64,000 bases of DNA from Patescibacteria group bacterium (GTDB lineage: Bacteria; Patescibacteriota; Patescibacteriia; UBA2591; UBA6264), in assembly GCA_016784145.1 (NCBI GenBank), contig JADHVF010000001.1, forward strand, positions 90,367 to 154,366, written 5' to 3'. Under the pieces are notes generated by a model. That model ran no database searches. It saw only the letters and a list, made by a program, of their open reading frames with translations, and was not told the DNA's origin. The position numbers and the translations under genes are program-made. Below are positions 36,844-47,800 of this stretch, piece after piece; the stretch's first letter is position 1; each line of letters starts with the position of its first letter.

Positions 36844-37335
36844 ATGAAAAAAAATAAAGAAATAAAAACTACCTTAAAACGCAAGACCTCTATTCATAAA
36901 GCTAAAAAAAATAAAACAACTAAAGAAACAGATATACAAAAAGTTGTTAATCATTTTTTTTATAGCAAAGGAATAAATTTAGAACAAATAAAAAAAGATT
37001 GTAAGAAAAGAAAAATAATATATTCTCGTTTTACCAGGCCAGCTAAACAATTATTAGAATTAGCTGGTTCTTTAAAAAAATCAAAACAAGCAATTGATAA
37101 AATTTCACAATGGGCAAAATCAAGAAACCTTGATTATTCTATTGAAACAATCTTTAAAAAATGGCTCGAATTAGATAAATTAAAACCAAAAGAAATTGTT
37201 AAAAAACCATTTTATCAAGGAAACCCAATGATATGGAGTCAATCAAAAAAGGCCTGGTTTGTAATAGTTGATGATAATGAGTGGCGCGAATTTGCAGGAG
37301 AAGAAAAAGATATTAAATGGAAAAAGATAAAATAA
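36844..37335 (+). CDS. Hypothetical K-rich protein
   Basis: 163-aa ORF with no recognisable motifs. Confidence 0.45.
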   Translation: MKKNKEIKTTLKRKTSIHKAKKNKTTKETDIQKVVNHFFYSKGINLEQIKKDCKKRKIIYSRFTRPAKQLLELAGSLKKSKQAIDKISQWAKSRNLDYSIETIFKKWLELDKLKPKEIVKKPFYQGNPMIWSQSKKAWFVIVDDNEWREFAGEEKDIKWKKIK

Positions 37336-37348
37336 ATTTTATAATCTA

Positions 37349-38290
37349 ATGAATAAAAAATATAAAATTGTTTTTTTTGGTACACCTGAATTTGCTGAAA
37401 TAATATTAAAAAAATTAATTAAAACAAAATTCAAACCAATAGTAACTATCACTTGTCCTGATAAATTAATTGGTCGGAAGCAAATTTTATCCCCATCTTT
37501 GACTAAAAAGATAAGCATTAATAATAAAATTGATGTTTGGCAACCAAAATCTTTAAACAATAATGATAAAATTACAAATAAATTATTAAAAATTCAGCCA
37601 GATTTATTCATTGTAACAGCTTATGGGCTAATTCTACCTAAAAAAATTTTAGATATACCAAAATATGGATGTATTAATATACATCCATCTCTTTTGCCAA
37701 AATATAGAGGTGCCTCCCCTATTCATCAATCTATTCTCTCTTTAGACAAACAAACAGGAGTTAGTATTATTCTTATGGATGAAAAAATGGATCACGGCGA
37801 TATAATTATTCAGCAAGAAATTGAAATTAAATTAACTACTTATAAAGAATTATCTAAAAAATTAGCAAACATAGGAGCTGATTTATTAATTGAAATTTTA
37901 CCAAAATGGTTTAAAAATAAATTAAAACCAATTCCACAAAATCATCAACAAGCAAGCTTTACATATAAAATAAAAAAAACAGATGGGAAAATTAATTGGA
38001 ACCAATCTGCTAAAAAAATTGAAGCGAGTATTAGGGCCTATAATCTTTGGCCTAATTCATATACTATTTTAGATAATAAAATTTTAAAAATTATTGAAGC
38101 TAATATTTTAAAAATTAAAAAAAGAGAGCCCGTGGGTAAAGTTTTTTTATCTAAAGATAAAAAAATATGTGTTAGTTGTCAAAAAAACGCTTTAATTCTT
38201 GAAAAAATACAAATACAAGGAAAGAAAATAATAACATCTAGGGATTTCTATAATGGTCACCCTGATATTATTAATTTTGTTTTGTTATAA
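37349..38290 (+). CDS. fmt: Methionyl-tRNA formyltransferase
   Basis: IVFFGTPEFA start, HPSLLPKYRGASPI and C-terminal domain. Confidence 0.85.
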   Translation: MNKKYKIVFFGTPEFAEIILKKLIKTKFKPIVTITCPDKLIGRKQILSPSLTKKISINNKIDVWQPKSLNNNDKITNKLLKIQPDLFIVTAYGLILPKKILDIPKYGCINIHPSLLPKYRGASPIHQSILSLDKQTGVSIILMDEKMDHGDIIIQQEIEIKLTTYKELSKKLANIGADLLIEILPKWFKNKLKPIPQNHQQASFTYKIKKTDGKINWNQSAKKIEASIRAYNLWPNSYTILDNKILKIIEANILKIKKREPVGKVFLSKDKKICVSCQKNALILEKIQIQGKKIITSRDFYNGHPDIINFVLL

Positions 38291-38296
38291 TTTTTT

Positions 38297-38614
38297 TTAT
38301 TCCAACTTTTCAGGTGAATCATCTGAAAAATCTTCTGAATCCGAAGGAATATTTTCAGATGATGAAGGAATATTTTCAGAAAACTCTGGGGCAGATGGCT
38401 GTACTGGAGTTTTTTCTTCTTCTGTCTTGGTTGGCAGAGAAGGTTCTTTAGCTACAATTGGTAAATTTTTTTCTCCTTTTAATGACAAAAAAAGCAAAAT
38501 TAAACCAATTAAAGCGATTCCAATAATAATCAAATAATGAATATCAAGAAAGAGTAATACGATTGCAATTAAAAGAAAAATTATTCCAATTATTAGGTTA
38601 ATTTTTTTGTTCAT
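38297..38614 (-). CDS. Small membrane protein with acidic C-terminal tail
   Basis: Two TM helices, then an S/E/D-rich tail. The overlapping plus-strand ORF 38253..38537 is judged spurious. Confidence 0.4.
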   Translation of the reverse strand: MNKKINLIIGIIFLLIAIVLLFLDIHYLIIIGIALIGLILLFLSLKGEKNLPIVAKEPSLPTKTEEEKTPVQPSAPEFSENIPSSSENIPSDSEDFSDDSPEKLE

Positions 38615-38692
38615 ATTTCTTAAAATAATTATTTAATTAAATATCGACTTTTATTTTCTAAATTATAACAATTTTATTTGACTAAAACAAGC

Positions 38693-40618
38693 TTATTCAT
38701 CAAAAAACCATTCTAAAAGCTCTTTGGCAACCGGAACAGCTACTTTGCTCCCTTCTCCCCCGTTTTCTATCAAAACAACAAAAGCTATCTCTGGATTTTC
38801 ATATGGAGCAAACCCAATAAACCATGCGTGTGGCTCTTTATCTCCTCCAACCTGAGCTGTACCAGTTTTGCCAGCCACATTTATTTTAAGTGTAGATAAT
38901 CTTTTAGCACTCCCGGTTGTGACAGCTCTTCTTAGCCCTGTTTTTATTAATTCAATGCTTTCTTGAGATACAAAATTTTGTCTTAAAATTTTTGGAGATA
39001 TTTGTTGATTTGTTTGATTAGCTTGTGCTTGTATTTCTTTAACCAAAGACGGTTCAAACAATGTGCCATTATTTGCTATAGCAGAAATATAATTAACTAC
39101 TTGAATTGGAGTAACTAAAACATCTCCTTGTCCTATTGAAACATGATAAGTATCTCCAATATACCATTGTTCTTTTTTTACTGCTTGTTTCCATTCTGGA
39201 TTTGCTATTAAGCCAGCCCTTTCAGTTGGTAAATCAATATTTGTTAGTTGATTTAATCCAAATAAATTAGTATAAAAATGTATTTTATCAATACCCAACC
39301 CGTTAAATTTTTCAAAACCGCCTCCAATATAATAAAAAAATGTATTAACTGATTCTGATAATGCTTTTATAACATCTGTATATCCATGCCCTCCTTTTTT
39401 CCAGTCAGCAAAAAACCATTTATCAACATTTATTCCTCCGGTAGAATAAATTAATGTTCTCCCGCTAATTACTTCTTCTTCAAGAGCTCCAATTGCAATA
39501 ATTGGTTTTATAATTGATCCAGATGGATATTCTCCAGCTATTGCTCTAAAAACAAGTGGTTTATCTGGGTTATTAATAATGCTCTCATATTTTATTTTGT
39601 CAGAATCAATAAAAATATTATTATCATAACTAGGCCAGCTAAACATCGCTAAAATTTGACCATTAGATGGATTCATTGCTATTATTGTGCCAGCTCTACT
39701 TTTGTTTTTTTTAATATGTTTTATTAAAATTTCAGATATTTTCCTTTGCAATTCAGCATTTATTGAAAGAACTATATTTTGCCCTGAAATAGATTTTTCT
39801 TGAAAAATTATATTTTTTTCTTTACCCAAAGAATCAACTTCTATTTTTTTTCTGCCATATTTACCTTTTAAAACATCTTCGTAATACAATTCTATTCCCG
39901 TCTTCCCTATATTATCTGTAATTAAATAATCTGGATACTTGGTTAATTCAAGTTTGTTTAATTTACCAACATATCCCAAAATATGAGAAAAATTTGCTGG
40001 CATTAAATAATAACGTTGACTACTTGGCTCAAGTAAAATGCCTTGCAAATTATTGACCACTAGCATTAATTTCATTGCATTTAAATGACTTAAATTATTT
40101 TTGAGAATAACTTTATTATATGAATATGTATTTAAATTTTCAAAAATTTTAATTTGTTCTTGGGTGGATATTTCAAGTTCCTCCATCTTTTTATTCAAAG
40201 CATTGATAATGGTTGCCTTGATTAGCTCGTCTTTTGGCAGGTCTCCGGGCACTACAATTAATGAAAATTTTGGAATATTTTCTACTAATAAATTAAGATT
40301 TGAGTCATAAATAAGCCCTCTATCTGGTTTTATTTTAGTTATTCTAATTCTATTCCCTTCTGCAATATTTTCATATTTATTTCCTAAAACAATTTGTAGC
40401 CAAGTAATTCGCCCAATAATAATTAAAAAACAGAAGATAAATAAAAAATAGAGCCAATAAATTCTACTATTTTTAATTGGCTCAACCAAAGTTGATGCAT
40501 CCATGCTTTCTTGGTTGGTTGAGGTGTAGTCAAACTCTACTGGATTATATGAAGATTTTTCTATTTTATTATCTCTAATACTATTATCTTTTAATTTTAT
40601 TGAAAACAAATCTTTCAT
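38693..40618 (-). CDS. mrdA: Penicillin-binding protein 2 (peptidoglycan D,D-transpeptidase)
   Basis: N-terminal TM and dimerisation domain. Transpeptidase motifs SIIK (SxxK), SxN and KTGTA. Confidence 0.85.
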   Translation of the reverse strand: MKDLFSIKLKDNSIRDNKIEKSSYNPVEFDYTSTNQESMDASTLVEPIKNSRIYWLYFLFIFCFLIIIGRITWLQIVLGNKYENIAEGNRIRITKIKPDRGLIYDSNLNLLVENIPKFSLIVVPGDLPKDELIKATIINALNKKMEELEISTQEQIKIFENLNTYSYNKVILKNNLSHLNAMKLMLVVNNLQGILLEPSSQRYYLMPANFSHILGYVGKLNKLELTKYPDYLITDNIGKTGIELYYEDVLKGKYGRKKIEVDSLGKEKNIIFQEKSISGQNIVLSINAELQRKISEILIKHIKKNKSRAGTIIAMNPSNGQILAMFSWPSYDNNIFIDSDKIKYESIINNPDKPLVFRAIAGEYPSGSIIKPIIAIGALEEEVISGRTLIYSTGGINVDKWFFADWKKGGHGYTDVIKALSESVNTFFYYIGGGFEKFNGLGIDKIHFYTNLFGLNQLTNIDLPTERAGLIANPEWKQAVKKEQWYIGDTYHVSIGQGDVLVTPIQVVNYISAIANNGTLFEPSLVKEIQAQANQTNQQISPKILRQNFVSQESIELIKTGLRRAVTTGSAKRLSTLKINVAGKTGTAQVGGDKEPHAWFIGFAPYENPEIAFVVLIENGGEGSKVAVPVAKELLEWFFDE

Positions 40619-41148
40619 GATTTATGAAAATTAAATTTTGTCATTTTTAAAACAAAAATCATAAAAACAACTAAAAACCCTTGCAAAAATAACAATAAAA
40701 AAATATTAGATATATAAATTTCATTAATATTAATTTTTGTTTCTAATAAATTAAAAAAATAATAGATGTAATTAAGCCCTAAAAAAAATATTTGCCAAAC
40801 AAAACTCATTAAAAATCCAGTAATAAAAATATTTAAAGAACTTGATAAATTTAATTTTTGAACAATAAATTTATAACTAATACAGGCACTTAAAAATAAT
40901 GACAAAAACATTAATCCTTTTGGAAAAATAGAATATATGTCTAACAAAATTCCAGCCCAAGCAAAGAATATCAATAGATTATAAGGAATATTTTTATTAG
41001 ATGGCATTTTGATTGAATATATTATCGCCAAGACAATAATTAAAACAAAAACTAAAGAAATGTCTTTAAATATAAATGTTAAAGATAAATTTAATACAAA
41101 AAAAATTAAAATTAGTAAAAGAATTGAAAAAAATTTAAAAATTTCCAT
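40615..41148 (-). CDS. mreD: Rod shape-determining protein MreD-like polytopic membrane protein
   Basis: 177 aa with ~5 TM helices. Located between the mreC-like gene and PBP2, overlapping PBP2 by 4 nt. Confidence 0.5.
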   Translation of the reverse strand: MEIFKFFSILLLILIFFVLNLSLTFIFKDISLVFVLIIVLAIIYSIKMPSNKNIPYNLLIFFAWAGILLDIYSIFPKGLMFLSLFLSACISYKFIVQKLNLSSSLNIFITGFLMSFVWQIFFLGLNYIYYFFNLLETKININEIYISNIFLLLFLQGFLVVFMIFVLKMTKFNFHKS

Positions 41149-41152
41149 ATGT

Positions 41153-41932
41153 TTATTTTGGAAGTATAATAGAAGCTATCCTAAAATTCTTATTAAAAAA
41201 AGATTTTATAATTATATCCTTAAAAATAGTGCTCGTATTTTCATTTATTGCATCTATTTTTCCAATAATTATACCTCTTCTAATATTTTCTTGTAACCCA
41301 GAAGTAATAATAAAATCATCAATATTTACTTTTTTATTTGATGGAACATATTCTATTTTTATGGTTGATTCATACTGCCCCTTGATAATTCCTGACACAA
41401 TATTGTTTGTTTGTTCATTATCATTAACATTGCTTAAAATATCTGCTGAAATTAAAGACCTATAGTCAAATATTGGCATTAAAAATGAATAATAATCCGT
41501 TGTTTTGTATATTTTACCTATCAAAAACCCTCTGGCATCAACAACTGCTAGCCCGTTGATTACCCCATCATTTTTTCCTTTATCTAATAATGTCCAGTTG
41601 GAATCAACTCCTATTTTTCTACCGATAACGTTAGTTAAAATAAATTTATCTTTTGATTTCTCAAGAAAATTAAGATGTTTTCTTAAAATTTGATTTTCAT
41701 TTTGAAATATTTTAATTTGAGTTTTTTCATCACAAATATTATTATCAAGATTGTTTTGAACTAAAGAAAAAGAAAAAAATCTTTGTAAAGGGCTTAAAAG
41801 AAAATAAAAAACATTTTCTCCTTTAAAGAGAAAAATGAAAAAAAATAAAACAATAATAATTAAAAATATTATTTTTTTTATCATAAAAAAATTATTCTGA
41901 ACCAGGAGTTGAAGTCGTGTTACCTTCTTCAA
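41153..41932 (-). CDS. mreC: Rod shape-determining protein MreC
   Basis: TM helix, coiled-coil (ENQILRKHLNFLEKSKDK), then a beta domain ending ...DFIITSGLQENIRRGIIIGKI. The ATG at 41884 is the likelier start; 41932 is a TTG. Confidence 0.65.
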   Translation of the reverse strand: MKKVTRLQLLVQNNFFMIKKIIFLIIIVLFFFIFLFKGENVFYFLLSPLQRFFSFSLVQNNLDNNICDEKTQIKIFQNENQILRKHLNFLEKSKDKFILTNVIGRKIGVDSNWTLLDKGKNDGVINGLAVVDARGFLIGKIYKTTDYYSFLMPIFDYRSLISADILSNVNDNEQTNNIVSGIIKGQYESTIKIEYVPSNKKVNIDDFIITSGLQENIRRGIIIGKIDAINENTSTIFKDIIIKSFFNKNFRIASIILPK

Positions 41933-44207
41933 TGACTGGAGTTATTGATGATGTGTTTCCAATTATTGGACCATCTTCATATATTTCTCCAACCAAAATC
42001 TCTATTACATCTTCCCATTTAAACCCTAGCATTTCAAATATTTCTCCTGATTGAAAAGCTCTTTTTTTATTATCTTCAATAAAATAAATACCTGAACTGT
42101 TAGGATATTTAATCAAAGTCCCATTTAATCGTCCGCTTATGATATCGCCATCCTCATAAACTTCATTGATGGGAATTTCTATTACGTCTTCCCATTTAAA
42201 TCCTATCATCTCAAATATTTCTCCTGATTGAAAAGCTCTTTTTTTATTATTTTCAATAAGATAAACTCCCGGACTATCAGGATACTTAATCAATGTATTA
42301 TTAGGTCTTCCTTGTATTTGAACAATGAATTGGAAACTATTTATTAACATTTCAAAACAGGTTTTGAAATTTGATTTTTTTTCTATACCAATGTTATAAG
42401 AAATTGCATAGACCCTATCCTCTTTAGCAGTATATATTGTTAATTTTTCAGGATTCCATATAGCTGGTTGATTGTCTATAATTGTCTCAAATAATAATTC
42501 TTCTGCAATGTCTGGAGATTGTCTTAAATACCATTCTTTTGGAGATAATTTTTCTAAATTATTTTCCACTGTGATGCTAAAAAATTCTCCAGTATTAGTA
42601 ATCACTAATACTTCTTGATTAGCTGTTTCTGGCAATGCTCTGGCCAACCATGAACTTGGATAGAAAAAACTATAGGAATAAGTTGGGTTGGTATAAACAT
42701 TAATTAACCCAGAACTGGCAAGTTGTGCTTCTCCAGAATTTAATGGGTGCATTAATGTAAGAACCTCTTGTCCATCAGGGTTTCCGTCACCATCAGTGTC
42801 AGGATTATTTATTTGAGTTGTAAAAATATTTTCTTCTATATTAGTTAATCCATCATTATCTGAATCAATGCTTAGAGGGATATTTGGAGCAATTTGGAAT
42901 TTCTCAATTTTTGGAGTTGTTTTATCCTTGGCAACTAGAATAGCAAAAATTTTTGAAGGCAAAATATCAAAATTAATAGATAACGTATTCTTATTCGTGT
43001 CCAAAATAGATTCAAGAGGTGTCCATAGATTATCTTTAAAATATCCTAAAACTAAGTGCTCTTCCCAATCAGCATTAATAAATTCTTGATTATATGATAT
43101 TTTTAGTCTAACTGACTCAGAAAAAACAAGTGAAAAATCATTTGGCTCAATATTAAAATTATAGATGGTTTCAATAACCTTGTATGAAGATTCTTCTACC
43201 AAAAATTCTTGCTGTAATTTATTTGTCCATAATTGAGATGTAATATTCATTTCAAATGTAGTATTCTCATTAATTGCTCCGGCTGGCAAATAAAATTCAA
43301 TTTCTGCAATTTTTTTGTTTTCATTATTAACCGCCTCGGTTGTAATTATTTGTTCTGCTGATAAAACCTCTTCAATTATCGATTCTTCCTCTATTGGCTG
43401 TTCTTCTTCTTTAATTGTCTCTTCTGCTTGTTCTTCTTCTTTTACCTCTCCTTCTGTTGGCGCTGGCTCTGCTTGTTCTTCTTCTTTTACCTCTGTTTGT
43501 GGTTGAGGTTGTTCTTGAACTGATTGATAATAATTATTCATCCACATAAAAAAACCAAAGCCACCGCCACCAAGTAGTAAAATAATTAAAATTACAAAAA
43601 TTATTATATTTTTCTTTTTCTTTCTTTTTTTCTTTTTTGGTTTAAATTTTTTAAATTTACCGGGCATTGTATAAACCTTTCCCTTAGAAGATGCTCCTTC
43701 TTGGGCTGCTTTTTCAATAATTTCTTTTTTAGCTAACTCAGGCGTTTCAAATTCCTCTTGTTTTGTATCAATCTTCTGGAGCTGAGGAGCTGGAACTGAA
43801 CCAGCCGGCTTTGGGGCTGGTTGAGGCACAGAAGTTGGCTGAGGAGCAGGAACTGAACCAGCCGACTCAGGGGCTGGTTGAGGAGCAGGAGTTGGCTGAG
43901 GAACTGGAACCGAACCAGCCGACTCAGGGGCTGGCTGAGGAGCAGGAGTTGGCTGAGGAGCAGGAACTGAACCAGCCGACTCAGGGGCTGGTTGAGAAGC
44001 AGGAGTTGGCTGAGGAACTGGAACCGAACCAGCCGACTTTGGGACTGGTTGAGGAGCAGGAGTTGGCTGAGGAGCAGGAGTTGGCTGAGAAACAGGAGTT
44101 GGCTGAGGAACTGGAACCGAACCAGCCGGCTTTGGGGCTGGTTGAGGAGCAGGAGTTGGCTGAGATTGAGGAGACGAATTATTTGTTTTATTTTTATCTT
44201 CAAACAT
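41892..44207 (-). CDS. Giant membrane/surface protein: cytoplasmic Pro-rich tandem repeats, one TM, then an extracellular region with Ca-binding and ~48-aa repeats
   Basis: N-terminal ~190 aa consist of 6-7 copies of PQPTPAPQPAPESAGSVPV. A KKKKRKKKK stretch and a TM helix follow. After that come an E/Q-rich segment, DSDNDGLTN...DTDGDGNPDG, and two C-terminal VYLIENNKKRAFQSGEIFEM repeats. Confidence 0.6.
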   Translation of the reverse strand: MFEDKNKTNNSSPQSQPTPAPQPAPKPAGSVPVPQPTPVSQPTPAPQPTPAPQPVPKSAGSVPVPQPTPASQPAPESAGSVPAPQPTPAPQPAPESAGSVPVPQPTPAPQPAPESAGSVPAPQPTSVPQPAPKPAGSVPAPQLQKIDTKQEEFETPELAKKEIIEKAAQEGASSKGKVYTMPGKFKKFKPKKKKRKKKKNIIIFVILIILLLGGGGFGFFMWMNNYYQSVQEQPQPQTEVKEEEQAEPAPTEGEVKEEEQAEETIKEEEQPIEEESIIEEVLSAEQIITTEAVNNENKKIAEIEFYLPAGAINENTTFEMNITSQLWTNKLQQEFLVEESSYKVIETIYNFNIEPNDFSLVFSESVRLKISYNQEFINADWEEHLVLGYFKDNLWTPLESILDTNKNTLSINFDILPSKIFAILVAKDKTTPKIEKFQIAPNIPLSIDSDNDGLTNIEENIFTTQINNPDTDGDGNPDGQEVLTLMHPLNSGEAQLASSGLINVYTNPTYSYSFFYPSSWLARALPETANQEVLVITNTGEFFSITVENNLEKLSPKEWYLRQSPDIAEELLFETIIDNQPAIWNPEKLTIYTAKEDRVYAISYNIGIEKKSNFKTCFEMLINSFQFIVQIQGRPNNTLIKYPDSPGVYLIENNKKRAFQSGEIFEMIGFKWEDVIEIPINEVYEDGDIISGRLNGTLIKYPNSSGIYFIEDNKKRAFQSGEIFEMLGFKWEDVIEILVGEIYEDGPIIGNTSSITPVIEEGNTTSTPGSE
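43760..44200. repeat. In-frame 57-nt tandem repeat array (~7 units) inside the 771-aa gene
   Basis: Units such as ctgaggagcaggaactgaaccagccgactcaggggctggttgaggagcaggagttgg repeat with minor variation. Coding, not CRISPR. Confidence 0.6.
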
Positions 44208-44211
44208 AAAA

Positions 44212-44826
44212 TTATTTTAATTTTTTTATTTCTTCTTGTAAATTAAATAATAAAGCACCTACGTCTGGATTATTTGGGTCTTTTCTGTTTTTTATTTCAT
44301 CTCCGTCAGTATTTCCATCTCCATCAGTATCTTTATTTAAAGGATCTGTTAAATAAATTTTTACTTCTTCATAATCTGATAATCCATCATCATCTGAATC
44401 TATTTTATTTTTATTTGTGCCCAACGCTGATTCTTCTTCGTCTTTAAGTCCATCCCTGTCAGCATCATCGTTGATGTCTTTTTTAATAATTGATTCATCT
44501 TTTTCTTGAACATTTACTTCTGGAGCTGGATTGACTATCGGAATAATAATTTCTGGCTGGTTAGTTTGTTTTAAATTTTTCCAACCATACAATGCTCCCC
44601 CAACAACCATTATTACTATAATTATAAGTATGGTTGGTTTTAAAAATTTTTTCAATAATAATTTTTTTGGCAAAGGATTATCAACATTCACTTGTCTCAC
44701 TTTAATTGGAGATTTGTTCTTGTTAGCCATTAAATCAGCTTCTTGCTTAAATGTCTCTTGATTTGTTTGTTTTTTAGAAGACCTTTCAACTTCTTTAAAA
44801 ATATCTTCTATTTTTTCTTCTGACAT
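44212..44826 (-). CDS. Membrane-anchored protein with thrombospondin-type-3-like Ca-binding repeats
   Basis: TM helix. DADRDGLKDEEE, DSDDDGLSDYEE and DTDGDGNTDGDE match the DxDxDGxxDxxE motif. Confidence 0.55.
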   Translation of the reverse strand: MSEEKIEDIFKEVERSSKKQTNQETFKQEADLMANKNKSPIKVRQVNVDNPLPKKLLLKKFLKPTILIIIVIMVVGGALYGWKNLKQTNQPEIIIPIVNPAPEVNVQEKDESIIKKDINDDADRDGLKDEEESALGTNKNKIDSDDDGLSDYEEVKIYLTDPLNKDTDGDGNTDGDEIKNRKDPNNPDVGALLFNLQEEIKKLK

Positions 44827-44853
44827 AAATATAATTTTTTATTTTTTTATAAA

Positions 44854-47800
44854 TTAATTACACGAAGAACAACCTTCTTGATAGAAGAAACAATAATAAT
44901 TAACCATAACTTCATTGGAATATTCCGATGTATTATTAATATTATATGCTTTTATTCTATAATGATAAATATCGCCAGTATTTCCCATAACATTTTCGTC
45001 ATTATATAAATATTCATTAGCTGGAATACTGTCTGTTAGAATTAGCCATGATTCACTGTTGAATTTTCTTTCTAAAATAAAACCCGTTTGTCCATTATCA
45101 CCATAATCTGGCCATAACAAGCGAATCTCTTCATCATCTATTTGACAAAAATTTAATGCAGGAGCAGGCAACAATGTAGTCACTTCTGACTGATTAGAAT
45201 AGCCAGAACTACCACCACTATTATAGGCCTTGACCTTGTAATTATAAGTCATATTTATTCCAAGCCCAGTATCATTATTGTATGAATTTTCATTTACTCC
45301 GAGAGCTACGATTTCTACCCAGCTTGTCCATGTTCCATCAATTAAATCAGCTCTTTCAATTATAAACCCTGTTTCGTTTGTAGAATTATCACTCCATGAT
45401 AAATTTACTTGAGACGAAGATACTGCTAAAGCCGATAAACCGCTTGGAGCAAGTGGGGCCAATGGATGGGTTGTTTCAAAAGCAATGTTTGAATAAGTTG
45501 AATCCCCACCATTATTATAGGCCTTTATTTGATAATGATAAAGAGTATTTGGAGCTAAACTTCCATCAATATATGATGTTACATCATAAGCAACCGTGTT
45601 AATCTCTTGCCAAATAACTCCATCAGAGCTTCTTTCTATTTTAATTCCTGTTTCAGTATCAGCATTGTCTGTCCATGATAATTCTATTTGTGATGAAGAT
45701 ATTACGGTTGCTGATAAATCGCTTGGAGTTGATGGAATATCAATAACACAACTATCATCGCCTACTTGGTGATAGCCATTAATACAATTATCTACCAAAC
45801 AAGTTATTCCACTCCAATTGGGCCAAGCAGGAGGATGAATACTAAAATTGCAATCCCTATGCTGTGTTCCGTCTCCGCAATCAACTTGAGTTCCATATAA
45901 ATCACAATACAAGTCACAAACTTGTGTTTCTGAATTATTGGCAGGTACATCCGGGTTTGTAAAAGCATCTGTACAATGAGCTACTTCACACTGATTGTTA
46001 TAAATTCTATAATAGCCATCAGTTGGATTATAAAGACATTCATTTAAAACACATGACCAATTTTGCCAAAAAGGAGGATGGCTATCAATGCATTCTCTTG
46101 ATTCATCAGCATCTTGAGCATGTTCTTTTAGGGCTGTGCAATCTCTTGTGTCAAAATCCCCTATAGTTCCCCATGTATTTTCATCATCAGAACAATGATC
46201 TAATTCACAAATATTATATGATTGATAAATCCTATAGCCATAATCACATGCTGTAACATAACAAGTCCCCCATGCTCCCCAGTCAGGATTAGGGCAAGAA
46301 TCAAGACAAGTTCTTTCTTGTTCGCCATTTCCATTGGCCATGCCACAATCTCTTGTTTGTGATTGATCAATATCTGTATTTGGAGACACACAATGGTCTA
46401 GTCCACAATAAATACAATCGTTATTGGCTAGTAAACATGTCTGCCCAGGAGTACATCCCCTGTAATCATTATTGCAAGTAGTAGCATAACAACTTCCCCA
46501 TGCTCCCCAGTCAGGCGTTGGTTGAGTTGGGTAATAATCTTCGCAATACCTCTGTTGTTCGCCCTGTCCATTAGCGATTGAACATGTTTGAGCATTAGAA
46601 TCATTAATTTCTCCAGCTGGTGATTGACACTGGTCTAACTGACATGTGTTTTGCCAACCCCGATAATTCTCATTACAAGACCAACTACATTCTCCATCAA
46701 TACATTGAGATGTTCCATTGTCAGGCACATAACAAATATTTCCACAAACATCACAATTGTCAGCAGAGCCACCAATATGAGTTTCGCAACCATTTGAAGT
46801 ATCTTCTTGAAGGTCTCCATTACAATCAGCCCAATCTATCTCACAAGCCCACCCAAAACAAAGAGTAGTTTGATTACAAAAAGCATTTTCTTTAGAATTT
46901 TGATTTTGATCACAAACTTCTCCACATTCCATGATATTATTGCCACAAACAGGAGCTTCTGGCGGACTATATGAAAAATTGGAAATACCTATTTCGTCTA
47001 ATTGAGAAATTATTATATTATCTTCATTACCAGAAATATCTTCTCCTTGCCAAGTAACATATCCATCAGTTGGCTTATATTCAAAATTAGCAGCCCCGGT
47101 ATAATAATCCCCTAAGCAAGCCGAATCTTCTGGAGCATAATATTGATAAACATAAGAGCCATTAGGATGTTCAAAATAAAAAGTATTTGAATTATAACAA
47201 GTATTATTACATTGATAATCAGACGAATCAGTGTCTGATGGACAGCCAGCACAAAATCCATTAAATTCATTAATAGGGTCAATCGGTAGTGTTTGCCCCA
47301 ATAAAGACCCAAAGACATTTTGCCATGAAATCCATTTACTATTTGTTTGCCCCTGGATATAGGTGCCTGATGTTAATTCTGGATAATTTCCTGATGAATT
47401 TTTATAATTTTTTAAATTAGGAATAATTGCTTGCTTAAAGTCATAAATTCTATTTAAATCCCTTTTAATCTGATTCTTGTGATTTTCGTCTTCAATATTA
47501 ACATTAAATCTCCAGTTGCTTAACATTTGATTAAAAATATTTATGGTGTCTGAGCTAGCATTATCATTGCGAGAAATAAGATAAATTCTAGTGTTAATAA
47601 CTGGACTTGTTTCTTCATCCATAACATCAGCTACTCCAACATAAATTGTTCTGCCGTCATTAAGCCCGTTATAGCCATCAATAACTACATTGGTTGGGCT
47701 TCCAGGAGAATAAGCATATTCATTATACCAGTCCAAAACCTTAAAACGTTTAGGATTTTTATATACTCTCAAACCAATCACATCGTCATTCCCTGTTATT

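Noticed and set aside
38253-38537. Plus-strand 94-aa ORF overlapping the fmt stop and the minus-strand small membrane gene
   Set aside because: It overlaps the end of fmt. The minus-strand alternative gives a clean two-TM protein, so only one can be real and the minus-strand frame is favoured.
43733-44246. Possible CRISPR-like array suggested by strongly periodic DNA repeats, plus three overlapping ORFs on both strands (43733..44203 -, 43763..44209 +, 43992..44246 +)
   Set aside because: The periodicity is 57 nt with no unique spacers. It is an in-frame coding tandem repeat (PQPTPAPQPAPESAGSVPV) within the 771-aa gene. The alternative-frame ORFs are artefacts of the repeat.
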